In this document: piece after piece, positions 26,301 through 35,060 of the stretch
Layout: each line of letters starts with the position of its first letter
Numbering within the stretch: the first letter of the stretch is position 1
From: Cetorhinus maximus
Lineage: Eukaryota
Direction of reading: 5' to 3'
Assembly (NCBI RefSeq): GCF_964194155.1
Contig: NC_135893.1
Coordinates: forward strand, 21,018,001 to 21,082,000
DNA length: 64,000 bases
Program-made: the position numbers and the translations under genes
Notes under the pieces: generated by a model
Told to the model about the DNA's origin: nothing
Seen by the model: only the letters and a program-made list of their open reading frames with translations
Database searches by the model: none

Positions 26301-29300
26301 TCAAGGGAAAAGCAAACTCTCATGCAATACATGGTGAGCTCGGGAGGTTGAAATCAGAGGGCAGAGGCTGGGTAAAACTAAAAGAAGCATGGCAGATTTG
26401 TAGCCCTATGCTATATCCATGATTCAGCATTAAGGAGAATAGCAGTATTGTAACATTCTGAACAATTCACCGGCAAATTGTAGTTGAAGCAAATACATTT
26501 GGAAGTACAACAAGAATATGACAAAATGCATAAACTCACCCTAAATGTCGATCTGGTGTCATGTTGTAGTCACCCTGCAAATGTTAAAACCAAAATAAAT
26601 ACAATCAGAGGGGGAAAAGCCAACTTGTAAAAAAAAACTCAAGTTGATCCTTATATTTTTGGTTTGTCTCAGCACTTTCTAATTTAAATAAATTGAAGTC
26701 TGTGCTTTCAGACAAGTATCAGGGGTCACTATAAATGATCTCAGCACCTCTTGGGCTAGATGTTAGCTGCTTCAGCAATGACCTTCCCTCTAACATTAGG
26801 TCACAAGTGGGGATGTTTGCTGATTATTGCAAAGTCTTCAGTTTCATTAACTCCTCAGATACTAAAGCAGCCCGTGTCTGCATGTAGGAAAACCTGGATA
26901 ACATTCAGTCTTGGGCTGATAAGTGGCAAGTAACATTCACACCACACAAGTGCCGAGGAAGAACCATTTCCACCAAGACAGAATCTAACCATCTCTCCAT
27001 GACATTCAACGACATTACCATCATTGAATTCCCCCACCGTCATCATCCTGGGAGTTACCCTTGATCAGAAACGTAAGTGGACCAGCTATGTAAGTACTGT
27101 GGCTACAAGGGCAGGTCAGGGGTTGGGAATTCTGTGATGAGTAACTCACCCCCTAACACCCCAAAGCTTTTCCACCAATTAACTGTATATAAATGGTGTT
27201 TAATTGTATGCAGATGGTAGCATTAATTGGGGTTTCAAGAAACACTTATGCAATGTGGTGTGGCTGAGTTAGGAGGTGTATGCTTGTAATGTTTCATTCT
27301 GTAAATAAATGCAAAACCAAGTAGAGACTGGCTCCAGTACTATTCTTCACCAACTGGCTTTCCGGATTAGATGCCACCATCCAGAAGGCACAAGTCGGAA
27401 GTGTGATGGAATACTGTCCACTTGCCAGGTTGAGTGCAGCTCTAACAACACTCATGATGCTCGACACAATCCAGGACAAAGTAGCCTGCTTGATTGGAAC
27501 CCCATCCACCACATTAAACATTCGCTCACCCGATCACTGATGCACAGTGGCAGCAGTGTGCACCATCTACAAGATGCACTGCAGCAGTTTGTCAAGCCTC
27601 CTTAAACAGCACCTTCCAAACCCTCAACCTCTACCACCTTGTAGGACAGAGACAGCAGATGCATGGGAACATCGACACCTGCAAGTTTCCCTCCAAGCCA
27701 CACACCATCCTGACTTGGAACTATATCACTATTCCTTCACTGATGCGGGGTCAAAATCCTGGAACTCCCTTCCTAACAGCACTGTGAGTGTACCTACACA
27801 TGGACTGCAGCGGTTAAGAAGGCAGCTCGCCACCACCTTCTCAAGGAAAATAAGGGATGGGCAACAAATGCTGGCAGTGCCAGCAGCGCTCATATCCCAT
27901 GAACGAATAAAAAAAAAGCAGACAGGAATAGCCAGCCTAAGTTCCATCCTTAATTTGTATCCAATGACTCTTGTTAGAAAGTGCGGATGTGTAAATGGAT
28001 GAGGGTACAATTGGATGCTCTCCCCCACCGTGATTCAATAGTTTTCTAGCGTGCTCAGTGTAAGCTCACACATGAACAATACTTCAGGCCACTATAACCA
28101 TAGTCTGGCATCAACAGCTTCAGTAAAGATGAAAGCAAATGAAAATTAACAGGACAAAAACAGCTGCTTTATAGGATCAGTGTATTGTATATCATAGAAC
28201 AGCATTAGAACACAAGAATAATAGAATTGAGTAGACCATTTGACCTCTTGAACCTGCCCCACCATTCAATAAGATCATGGCTGATCTGATTGCAGCCTCA
28301 AATTCAGTTTCCCATCTGCCCCCCATAACCGTTGACTTGCTTGTCAATCGAAAATCTAATTCAGCCCTGAATATATTCAATGATCTAGCCTCCACTGCTC
28401 TCTGGGAAATAGAATGCCACAAATGACCCTGGAGAGAAAAAAATATTCTCAGCTCTATCTCAAATGGAAGACCCCTAATTTTTAAACTGTGTCCCCTAGT
28501 TCTAGACTCCTAACAAGGCAAAGCAGCCTTTCAGCATCCACCCTGTCAAGTTCCCTCGGGATCTTGCATATTTCAATCAGATCATCTCTCACTCTCACCT
28601 GCTCAACCTTTCCTCATAAGATAACCTCTTCAGCCCAAGAATCAGTCAAGTGAACCTTCTCTGAACTGCTTCTAATGTATGACTTGGCACGTCATAACAT
28701 TCAAGGCTATGGGCCAAGTGCTGGTAAATGGGATTAGGTAGGTAGGTCAGGTGTTTCTCACGTGTCGGTGCCGACTCGATGGGCCGAAGGGCCTCTTCTG
28801 CACTGTGATTCTAATTATACCCTTTCTTAAATAAGGAGACTGAAACTATACACAGCACTCCAGATGCAGTCTCACTAAGGCCCTGTACAGCTATAGCAAC
28901 ACTTCCCTGCTTTTATACTCCATTCCCCTTACAATAAATGTCAGTATTCCATTCAACTTCCTAATGACTTTCTGGACCTGCACACTAACATTTCGTGATT
29001 CACGTACCAGGACACCCAGATCCCTCTGTACCTCTGAATTCTGCAATCTCTCTATTCAAATGATATTCTGCTTTTCTATTCTTCTGGTCAAAATGGACAA
29101 GTTCACATTTTCACACATTATACTCCACCTGCCAAATTTTTACCCGCTCACTTAACCTATCTATATCCCTTTGTTGACTCTATGTTCTCTTGACAACTTA
29201 CTTTCCCACCTATCTTTGTCATCAGCAAATTTAGCTACCATACATTCTGTCCCTTCATCCAAATCATTGATATAGATTGTATATCAATGTGGACATCTCT

Positions 29301-32300
29301 CAGTGTATCTGGCACTATGATTCCACTGTGCATTATACAAATAGTTCAGTGCAATGGGAGGCATTGTCACACCTCTATGATCATTCATATCCAAGGCAGT
29401 ATAGCCCATAAAAATCAATATTCAATCAGAATAATTAGCCTTCAAACAACTGATTGGCATTACACCCTTGTAATAATAGATGAATGGTGCTGTGGCTGAG
29501 GTTCATTCATACTCACTGTATACACCACTGATTCGGAGCCCACCCGGATATAGACCATGGCTGCACCTAGCACATGCCCAGCGTAATATGCTTTAATTTC
29601 GAGTTCATCATCAACCTAGAAGATCATTCCAAAATACAAATCAGTATTTTCTAATTTAGACAATTCTAGTAATCCTGTTTGCAGCATGGGACCAGAGTAC
29701 GGTGGCAGGCAGTATAGAATGGAAGGTCAGTGAATCAGTCTGTACTGGAATCAAGAGGCATCAGAATGGAAAATCCTTTCATTGTAAGTAACATTAAAAC
29801 AAAAATCTTATCTAAGATACCATAAGCCTGGAGATCATTGTCAGATTGGTGCATTATCTACATTTCCTTCGTATCTGTTCTCCTAGTGCAAGTTAATATT
29901 TCTTACTTTTTAAACAAAAGACTGCAACCAACACATTGCTTACCTGAACAAAAACAAAAATACCTGGAAAAACTCAGCAGGTCTGGCAGCATCTGCGGAG
30001 AGGAGCACAGTTAACGTTTCGAGTCCGTATGACTCTTCAACAACATTGCTTACCTGTACGGTTTGATGCAGATGAACAGCTACAACTTTCTTCATGCAGT
30101 CTTTGATCATCTGAGAAGTAAAGAAGTTTGTCTCGCCTTTCTTATCAACTGTAATCTTCCGATAATCTTCTAAAAGGATTGGACAAATGGCTTTTGTAGG
30201 GTGGGTCATGTATATGGGACCATCGTAGCCAATCATCTCACTCATATAAGGAAGGGCACCACAGTGATCCAGGTGGAAATGACTGAGAAGATTAAAGATT
30301 GTATAGATAAACACAACAAGGGTACGTTTTCAGAGAAGTTGGAAAATTTAGGGTTAACTTAGTAAAACGTTTGCTTTTGAGAAAGCAAGGCTAGGAAATT
30401 AACAGCTCACCTATCACCTACATTACTGAAGAATCCCTTTTGGATTCATCCAGTATCTCCATTCTATTTACTCTAATTGGAGGTTTTTTTTTAAAAACAG
30501 GTCATAAGAAGAAAGCAGATTCTGTACAGAACTGAAGAAAATCCATCGCAGCGTGCTAGAATAATCCTTGCATTCTGAAAATAATAGCAAAACCAATTTT
30601 AAATCTTTTGGGACTAAAATCATTGTTTGTGACAGCAAAATGCTGCAGATGCTGGAAATCTGAAATAAAAACAGAAACTGTTGAAAATACTCATCAGGCC
30701 CAGCAGCAAATAAAATTCAAAACAAACACTACAGCCAGGAGCAAGGTCTCCTTTATACCTCTAGCTCAGCTCCAATGGTGTCACAAGTTACAATCTATGA
30801 GAGTAATATTTACCTGATGATGACACAGTCAAGAAATTCTGTTAGTCTTCCATTTTGAGTTATATAAGAGAAATCAGGAAAGCGTCTCTGAAATAACAAG
30901 CAGCAATAAATCACAAATTACTGGACAGTGCTGTAGGGACAGGGAAAGTTCCGCTTCAACTCCCTGTCTGTGCTGCTACAGCAGCTGGGGAATAATTGGC
31001 AAGCTTACAGCCAGAAAGAAGGCCATTTGGCCTATCAGGTCTGTGCTGCCACTTTACTAATTTCATCGTTATCTATCTTCATCTACTTCAAAGGTTTATC
31101 GAAGCCCATGTGAAAAGATGCAATGGAGTCTTCCAGCTTGTGGTGGAAAAGCATTCTATGTTCCAACAACCTCCTAGATAAAGACACTTCCTTTGACCTC
31201 TCTGCTCACCCTCTTAGGAGAAACATCAGAGGGCTCCTGCATCTAATTGTTATCTAGAAACATGTGTTGAGAATGCAAGTGGGTGAATGCCAAGTGAAGG
31301 CAGGAATCAGGCCCAGTTGTTCTACTCCTCATGATTGAGTACCTTCTCTAAAATCATGAGGGGTAGCATTCTGACTTAAGTGCTCTCAGCAAGAGACTCT
31401 TGTCCAGTGGATCTGCATTATTGGAAATCTAGGCATGGTCCGTGCATCATTTTCCAGCCATTTTCTTAAAAGTATCACATGCACCTGAACTTCAGTCAAG
31501 TGCTCAGAATGGGACAGACTCGCCATTGGAAGCACAAACTCATGAAATCACCCCTCCATCTGGGATGGTAGGAACGCCAGAGGGCATCCAGTGACTGGAA
31601 CCTCGCAAGAAGAGGCGATTGAAAAAATAAAAAGGAGAAATTACTCCAAGGGTTGTGTGCATTTGTAAATACATTAGAAAAAGTTCTCAAACTACTGTCC
31701 CCATCTGTGACAAGGGAAAAAATAATAATGTTTGCTGTAGCGTACTGAAATACAGCAATTTCTGACTCTGCTTGTGATGCAGCTGTAACTGAGGGTTCAT
31801 TCACAACATGGCAAATATAGTCTGTAAGTAATGAACTCAATTTAAGTCCTAATCCTGAAATCTGCACTTTTCAGTTGCAGTTACGGCACTAACCACTGCT
31901 ATACTTAACTATGATTTCACTGCCATCTTCAATTCCACTGATAGCTTTATGAAAATGTCAGGGACATAACTTGCATTTGTTGCACTGACTGTACATGTTA
32001 AAGAGACAAAATTCAGCAAGGCCACAACATGTGGAGTTGAGGTTAAAAAAAAACTTACTCTACCTTTGAAATAGAAGCTATTCATAAAATTATTTAGCTC
32101 AGTAGCTTCCCTGACATATTTAAACCATGAATAGTTGGCCCATATAGGCTAGGATGGCCCCAGGTTTGAACCGCAGTCCAAGCTAAGATAGCTGATAGCT
32201 AAGTACCCAGATCTGTCTGATTTAATTCCGTGTACAAGCCAGTCTGAAGGGGCCGAGACATCACCCTACCCCTTACATACAAAGACAGTTACAGGGGAGA

Positions 32301-33007
32301 GTTTCCAGATTACTACACATGTTTGGGCACTAAGGGGATAGAGGGATATGGGGATAAAGCAGGAAAGCAGAGTTCAGGTAGTAGATCAGCCACGATCTTA
32401 CTGAATAGTGGAAGCGCTTTGAGGGTTCGTACTCCTGTTCCTACTTGTTGTGTTCTTACACTCTCCCTAGGGCTAACAGAATACAACAGCCAATGAACAG
32501 AAAGGAAGGGCCTTTCCTGGGCCTCAATGCTAATTACCATCGGCAGAGCGGGATGGGCACCTGTCCCAGTTATGGAAATAACTCTGCCCCCAATGATATG
32601 GGATGCCTTAGGCTGCAGGAGGCTGGGAACCCTGCAACACCTCTACTGATGGAGTAGCGGCCCAAAAATTACCGGGCCCATGTCTTTAGGAAGACACAAA
32701 AATTGACAAACGAACCATATGAAATTCTGTTATTTAATAGCACTGGCTGAAGAATTTTCCCAAATTTTCTACTTTTCAATAATTCCATGTACTTACATCA
32801 TCATTATATCCCATGTGCATTCCACAATCCAGCATCACGTTTTTCCCACCAATTGAGACCAGGATGCAGCTGCGGCCCACATCTTGGCCTGCCCCTGAAA
32901 AAGCAAGGACTCGTCATTTTGCAAGTTCATCGTTCTAAGGATTGCGTCCATTAACTTGGCTGAACATCTGAATTCTTACCCAAAGGTGTGACTTTTATTT
33001 CCGGCAT
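244..33007 (-). CDS. INTS11: Integrator complex subunit 11 (CPSF3L), complete 17-exon gene: complement(join(244..312,6142..6271,7680..7822,7918..7979,9821..9928,11985..12147,13767..13856,13966..14049,16302..16491,18774..18838,22086..22224,26540..26574,29517..29615,30054..30282,30814..30887,32797..32894,32980..33007)); 1806 nt, 601 aa
   Basis: All 16 introns are GT-AG with compatible phases. The spliced product runs from [19 protein letters not shown] to [22 protein letters not shown]. Metallo-beta-lactamase/beta-CASP motifs HFHLDH, AGHVLG, TGDY, SESTY and FSAHAD are intact. The sequence closely follows human INTS11 as recalled. Confidence 0.98.
2436..2474 (-). ncRNA. Second hammerhead-like motif, in the left inverted arm, with a damaged stem II
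   Basis: Reverse complement reads AGUU-CUGUUGA-A-GGAUC-augug-GACCU-GAAACGUC-GACU. Confidence 0.45.
4578..4616 (+). ncRNA. Minimal type I hammerhead-ribozyme-like motif of the Penelope terminal repeat (variant core)
   Basis: AGUU-CUGUUGA-A-GGGUC-augug-GACCC-GAAACGUC-GACU: stem I AGUU/GACU, stem II GGGUC/GACCC, palindromic ACGU in place of helix III. The core has U in place of the conserved A6. Confidence 0.55.
6142..6271 (-). CDS. INTS11: INTS11 coding exon 16
   Basis: [43 protein letters not shown]|gtgagt, 130 nt. Confidence 0.95.
7680..7822 (-). CDS. INTS11: INTS11 coding exon 15
   Basis: [47 protein letters not shown], 143 nt, AG/GT bounded. Confidence 0.95.
7918..7979 (-). CDS. INTS11: INTS11 coding exon 14
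   Basis: [20 protein letters not shown]|gtgagt, 62 nt. Confidence 0.95.
8600..8960 (+). mobile_element. Degraded RTE-clade LINE fragment (region C-terminal to RT)
   Basis: Translates [56 protein letters not shown]...TNEEV, resembling the LLYG.E.W / EMWFLRRML.ISW / TNEEV signature of RTE elements. Confidence 0.7.
8975..9345 (+). mobile_element. Deu-domain SINE (SacSINE1/AmnSINE1-like)
   Basis: ggttcaagtcc B-box, tgagacattaaa...aaaatcccatggcactat...gaagaagagcag core, and tail gtgaaaggtgctagataaatgca; related copies occur elsewhere in the window. Confidence 0.75.
9821..9928 (-). CDS. INTS11: INTS11 coding exon 13
   Basis: [35 protein letters not shown], 108 nt, AG/GT bounded. Confidence 0.95.
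10559..10688. mobile_element. Short GC-rich MITE
   Basis: Perfect inverted repeat GGGATTTTCC (10563-10572) / GGAAAATCCC (10675-10684) bounding a GC-rich core. Confidence 0.65.
11020..11885 (+). mobile_element. Highly degraded CR1-type LINE 3' fragment
   Basis: Residual similarity to the younger CR1 at 24223-25715 (gacaagtgatgttccgcagg, tacattttgg, atagaatataaaagca, tttcttcatgcaaaaggctgtg). Confidence 0.55.
11985..12147 (-). CDS. INTS11: INTS11 coding exon 12
   Basis: [54 protein letters not shown], 163 nt. Confidence 0.96.
13767..13856 (-). CDS. INTS11: INTS11 coding exon 11
   Basis: [30 protein letters not shown]|gtaagt, 90 nt. Confidence 0.96.
13966..14049 (-). CDS. INTS11: INTS11 coding exon 10
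   Basis: [28 protein letters not shown]|gtaaga, 84 nt. Confidence 0.96.
14560..14870 (+). repeat. Old SINE-like interspersed repeat; related copies near 9360-9700 (-), 19000-19340 (+), 20560-20800 (-), 21700-21940 (-), 27920-28130 (+), 41100-41400 (+) and 46010-46190 (+)
   Basis: Recurring motifs caattggc(c/t)tcagtgcc, ctatccag, gggtgag.acagg, cagctgtgatgc and gaatag.ctg across copies. Confidence 0.55.
14974..15657. mobile_element. GC/CpG-rich non-autonomous DNA transposon (MITE)
   Basis: Imperfect terminal inverted repeats gggtaaaattt... / ...gaaattctgtcc, internal palindromes (ggaaacctcatcc...ggatgaggtttcc; gcgcatgcgc) and a sharp GC contrast with the flanks. Confidence 0.75.
16302..16491 (-). 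CDS. INTS11: INTS11 coding exon 9
   Basis: [63 protein letters not shown], 190 nt. Confidence 0.97.
17540..18060 (-). mobile_element. L2-clade LINE fragment (RT end and C-terminal region)
   Basis: Frameshifted pieces [12 protein letters not shown] (YADD region), [21 protein letters not shown] and [13 protein letters not shown]. Confidence 0.7.
18100..18331 (-). mobile_element. tRNA-derived SINE
   Basis: The minus strand begins ggggcggctagctcagttggctaga (A box) and has gggtttgattccc (B box); the body contains ggcaaaccac...tgccaaga. Confidence 0.75.
18774..18838 (-). CDS. INTS11: INTS11 coding exon 8
   Basis: [21 protein letters not shown], 65 nt, AG/GT bounded. Confidence 0.96.
20292..20316. 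repeat. (GT)n microsatellite; other simple repeats at 5637-5750 (degenerate CA), 17038-17052 (CA), 21192-21209 (CT) and 61801-61821 (poly-C)
   Basis: Directly visible. Confidence 0.9.
22086..22224 (-). CDS. INTS11: INTS11 coding exon 7
   Basis: [46 protein letters not shown], 139 nt. Confidence 0.96.
23675..24222 (-). mobile_element. CR1-type LINE 3' end
   Basis: ORF 23895..24224 [30 protein letters not shown]...RRLRGDL, followed by the typical 3' UTR. Confidence 0.85.
24223..25715 (+). mobile_element. Young CR1-type LINE, 5'-truncated with an internal deletion
   Basis: [15 protein letters not shown]...PEDWK, then [33 protein letters not shown] and [16 protein letters not shown]; tail (tcttatgg)n. 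Confidence 0.92.
26540..26574 (-). CDS. INTS11: INTS11 coding exon 6
   Basis: ttgcag|[13 protein letters not shown]|gtgagt, 35 nt. Confidence 0.95.
26745..27915 (+). mobile_element. CR1-group LINE 3' fragment (second family) interrupted by a 196-bp insertion
   Basis: gtttgctgat (FAD), tgggctgataagtggcaagtaacattc (WADKWQVTF), GSKSWNSLP, tail ggatgggcaacaaatgctggc...gaataaaaaaaaa; related pieces at 37845-38045 (-), 45650-45890 (+) and 50060-50870 (+). Confidence 0.8.
28190..29285 (-). mobile_element. CR1-type LINE 3' fragment with a nested plus-strand LINE/SINE tail at about 28681-28812
   Basis: The reverse complement shows aaatttgctgatgacaaag (KFADD) and the CR1 3' UTR; the nested piece ends gatgggccgaagggcctcttctgcactgtgattcta. 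Confidence 0.8.
29517..29615 (-). CDS. INTS11: INTS11 coding exon 5
   Basis: [33 protein letters not shown]|gtgagt, 99 nt. Confidence 0.96.
29947..30042 (-). mobile_element. 96-bp Penelope terminal fragment with 14-bp target-site duplication
   Basis: Matches 2373-2470 (tacctggaaaaactcagcaggtctggcagcatc...acgtttc); flanked by ACATTGCTTACCTG at 29933-29946 and 30043-30056. Confidence 0.88.
30054..30282 (-). CDS. INTS11: INTS11 coding exon 4
   Basis: [42 protein letters not shown]...HLHQTVQ|gtaagc, 229 nt; contains the HxHxDH metal-binding motif. Confidence 0.97.
30814..30887 (-). CDS. INTS11: INTS11 coding exon 3
   Basis: [24 protein letters not shown], 74 nt, AG/GT bounded. Confidence 0.96.
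32797..32894 (-). CDS. INTS11: INTS11 coding exon 2
   Basis: [32 protein letters not shown]|gtaagt, 98 nt. Confidence 0.96.
32980..33007 (-). CDS. INTS11: INTS11 coding exon 1
   Basis: ATG CCG GAA ATA AAA GTC ACA CCT TTG G|gtaag = MPEIKVTPL, 28 nt. Confidence 0.95.
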
Positions 33008-34659
33008 TTGCAACCAGGTTTCCCTGCACCTCGTGCTTCCAAGATCGCGCTGATGAAATCAGTCACTCATCTTAAATTCAGCAAAACAGATCTGCTAAGT
33101 TTAAAGCAGACATTATCAGCAAAATGCATCATGAGAGACCTCTTGGTTCAGTGTTTGCTGTCTCCTATGTATAGATACGGAAGGGGAGGGGAGGATGTCT
33201 CTGTGTACCAGTTGGAGAGGGGAAAGGAGTAGCAGTGTGTCCTGAAGTCTAGAGGAAGATTAATAGTACCTCTAAGTAACTGTGATAACCTTAGAATCAA
33301 TTTTTCAACAGCTACATCCCTATATACTTTTACAAAATGACTTTTTCGAATACTTATTCATTTTTTTAAACAGTTACAATCTCAACCTCAGTAGCCACGT
33401 ATGTAATGCCTGTGTGAAAAAGATTCTAACTTTCCCAATCATTCTTTCAATACTAAACAAACAGTGAAATCATAACATTTAGTTTGTGGTGTTGCCACTT
33501 CAACTGAAGCTATCTATTCTTATCAGGTTCCCTCTCCCTGTTTCTTTTTCCAAATGTCCATCTCAAACACTTATTCAATTTATTTTTTAAACCATTATAG
33601 TCTCAACCTCAATAGTCACTTGTACAATGCCTTTGTGTCAAAAAGGTTCTACTAGTGTTCCCCCTTCATTCTTCCAGTATAATCCTAAATCTTGTTACAA
33701 AATGTCAACCAGCGGAGACCATTTTTCACTGTTTACCCTTTAAAATCTTTAAGAACTTTGAAAACCTCTATTAAATCTCTAATTAACCTTCTTTGCTCCA
33801 TTGAAGATAGATTCAATTTTTGAGCTGATTATCATAACTACAGCCTTTTATTTCTGGTACTTCTGTCTGATTACATCTCCATGAAATAACTTAGGACATT
33901 TTTCAAGGGCAATTAGGGATGGGCAATAAATGCTGACCTAGCCAGCAACACCCACATCCCTTAAATGAATAAAAAAAATAAACAAAACTTGTTGCTTATC
34001 ATTCTAGTAGATCTTCACTGTACCATGGATGCAATGCTTTGAACAAATGAACTTCCTTAACTTTATATTCAATGTTCCAATATATAAAACCTTGAAACTC
34101 ATCTGCTTTTTATGGCCTTTTCAATTGCACTCACTCATTTAAAAGACCTTCATAAAAATCAATGGGTACAGTAGCATAGTGGTCCAGAGACTAATCCAGG
34201 GACTAATAATCCAGAGAACATGGATTCAAATCCCACATTGGGAGCTTGAGAATTTCAACTGGATACAAAGGATAACTAAAAATAAAAAACTGAAGTCAGT
34301 AACAATAGAAGTGATCATGAAGCAGTCAGGCTGTTGCCAAAAAAAAACTGCCTCACTACGAATAATCCAAAAAATGCTTTCTGCGTTTGAATTATGCAAT
34401 GGTTTAAACTCAACACCATATATCCCATTAAAAAGTGGGGACTTTTAAAATTTAAACTGCCAATTTGAATTGAATGGACTGTACACAACACTGGTTTGCA
34501 GTGGGGTGCAGCAAAGATCCAGATAGTGAAAGTGGGCAGAGGAGAAAACCAGCTGAGGCCTCCATTCGTCGACATTACTATAAGATCACAACCAAAGTCT
34601 TCGGATTACCATTTTAGACAGTGCAGTTAAAAACACAACTTAGTTTATTGTCTCTATCT

Positions 34660-34941
34660 TGCTGCAGGTTTTAAACACGCGGTGGCCCCGGTCAATGACA
34701 GCCACCGCCCTCTCTCTCCTCCCCCGCACACCGCAGCCACTAACCGGGCAGAGCCAACACGCCAGCCTCAGGCCTACCTCATTGACAGCCAGGCCCAAGA
34801 AGGCCAGTGTTACCAAGACACCCCCGACTGACAGGGGAAATCAACCAATCGGATGCTCCGTGGTACGGGGGGGCGGGATTTCCTGCGAGGGTGGCCGCGC
34901 TGTGATAGCTGGGGCCAGTGGGGCCAGTTTCCGGTTTGAAA
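34660..34941. promoter_or_regulatory. GC/CpG-rich bidirectional promoter between INTS11 and CPTP
   Basis: Locally GC- and CpG-rich. CCAAT at 34845-34849, GC box GGGGCGGG ending 34877, ETS-type TTCCGGT at 34929-34935, three TGACAG at 34696, 34783 and 34829. It lies between the divergent genes. Confidence 0.8.
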
Positions 34942-35060
34942 ATGGTTGAACCGGTGAAGTTCAGTCTGGCGGAGGCCTTGGAGTGTTTCAGAAACTGTCT
35001 GACTGACGATGGGGAGATCGTGCAGGAGCACTACTTAAATGGATGGAAGGGGCTGGTAAA
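34942..35060 (+). CDS. CPTP: CPTP coding exon 1
   Basis: ATG at 34942, 119 nt ending WKGLV-AA|gtgagt; missing from the ORF track. Confidence 0.92.

Noticed and set aside
29940-30314. 124-aa ORF as a stand-alone gene
   Set aside because: It is INTS11 exon 4 read through into flanking intron and the Penelope insert.
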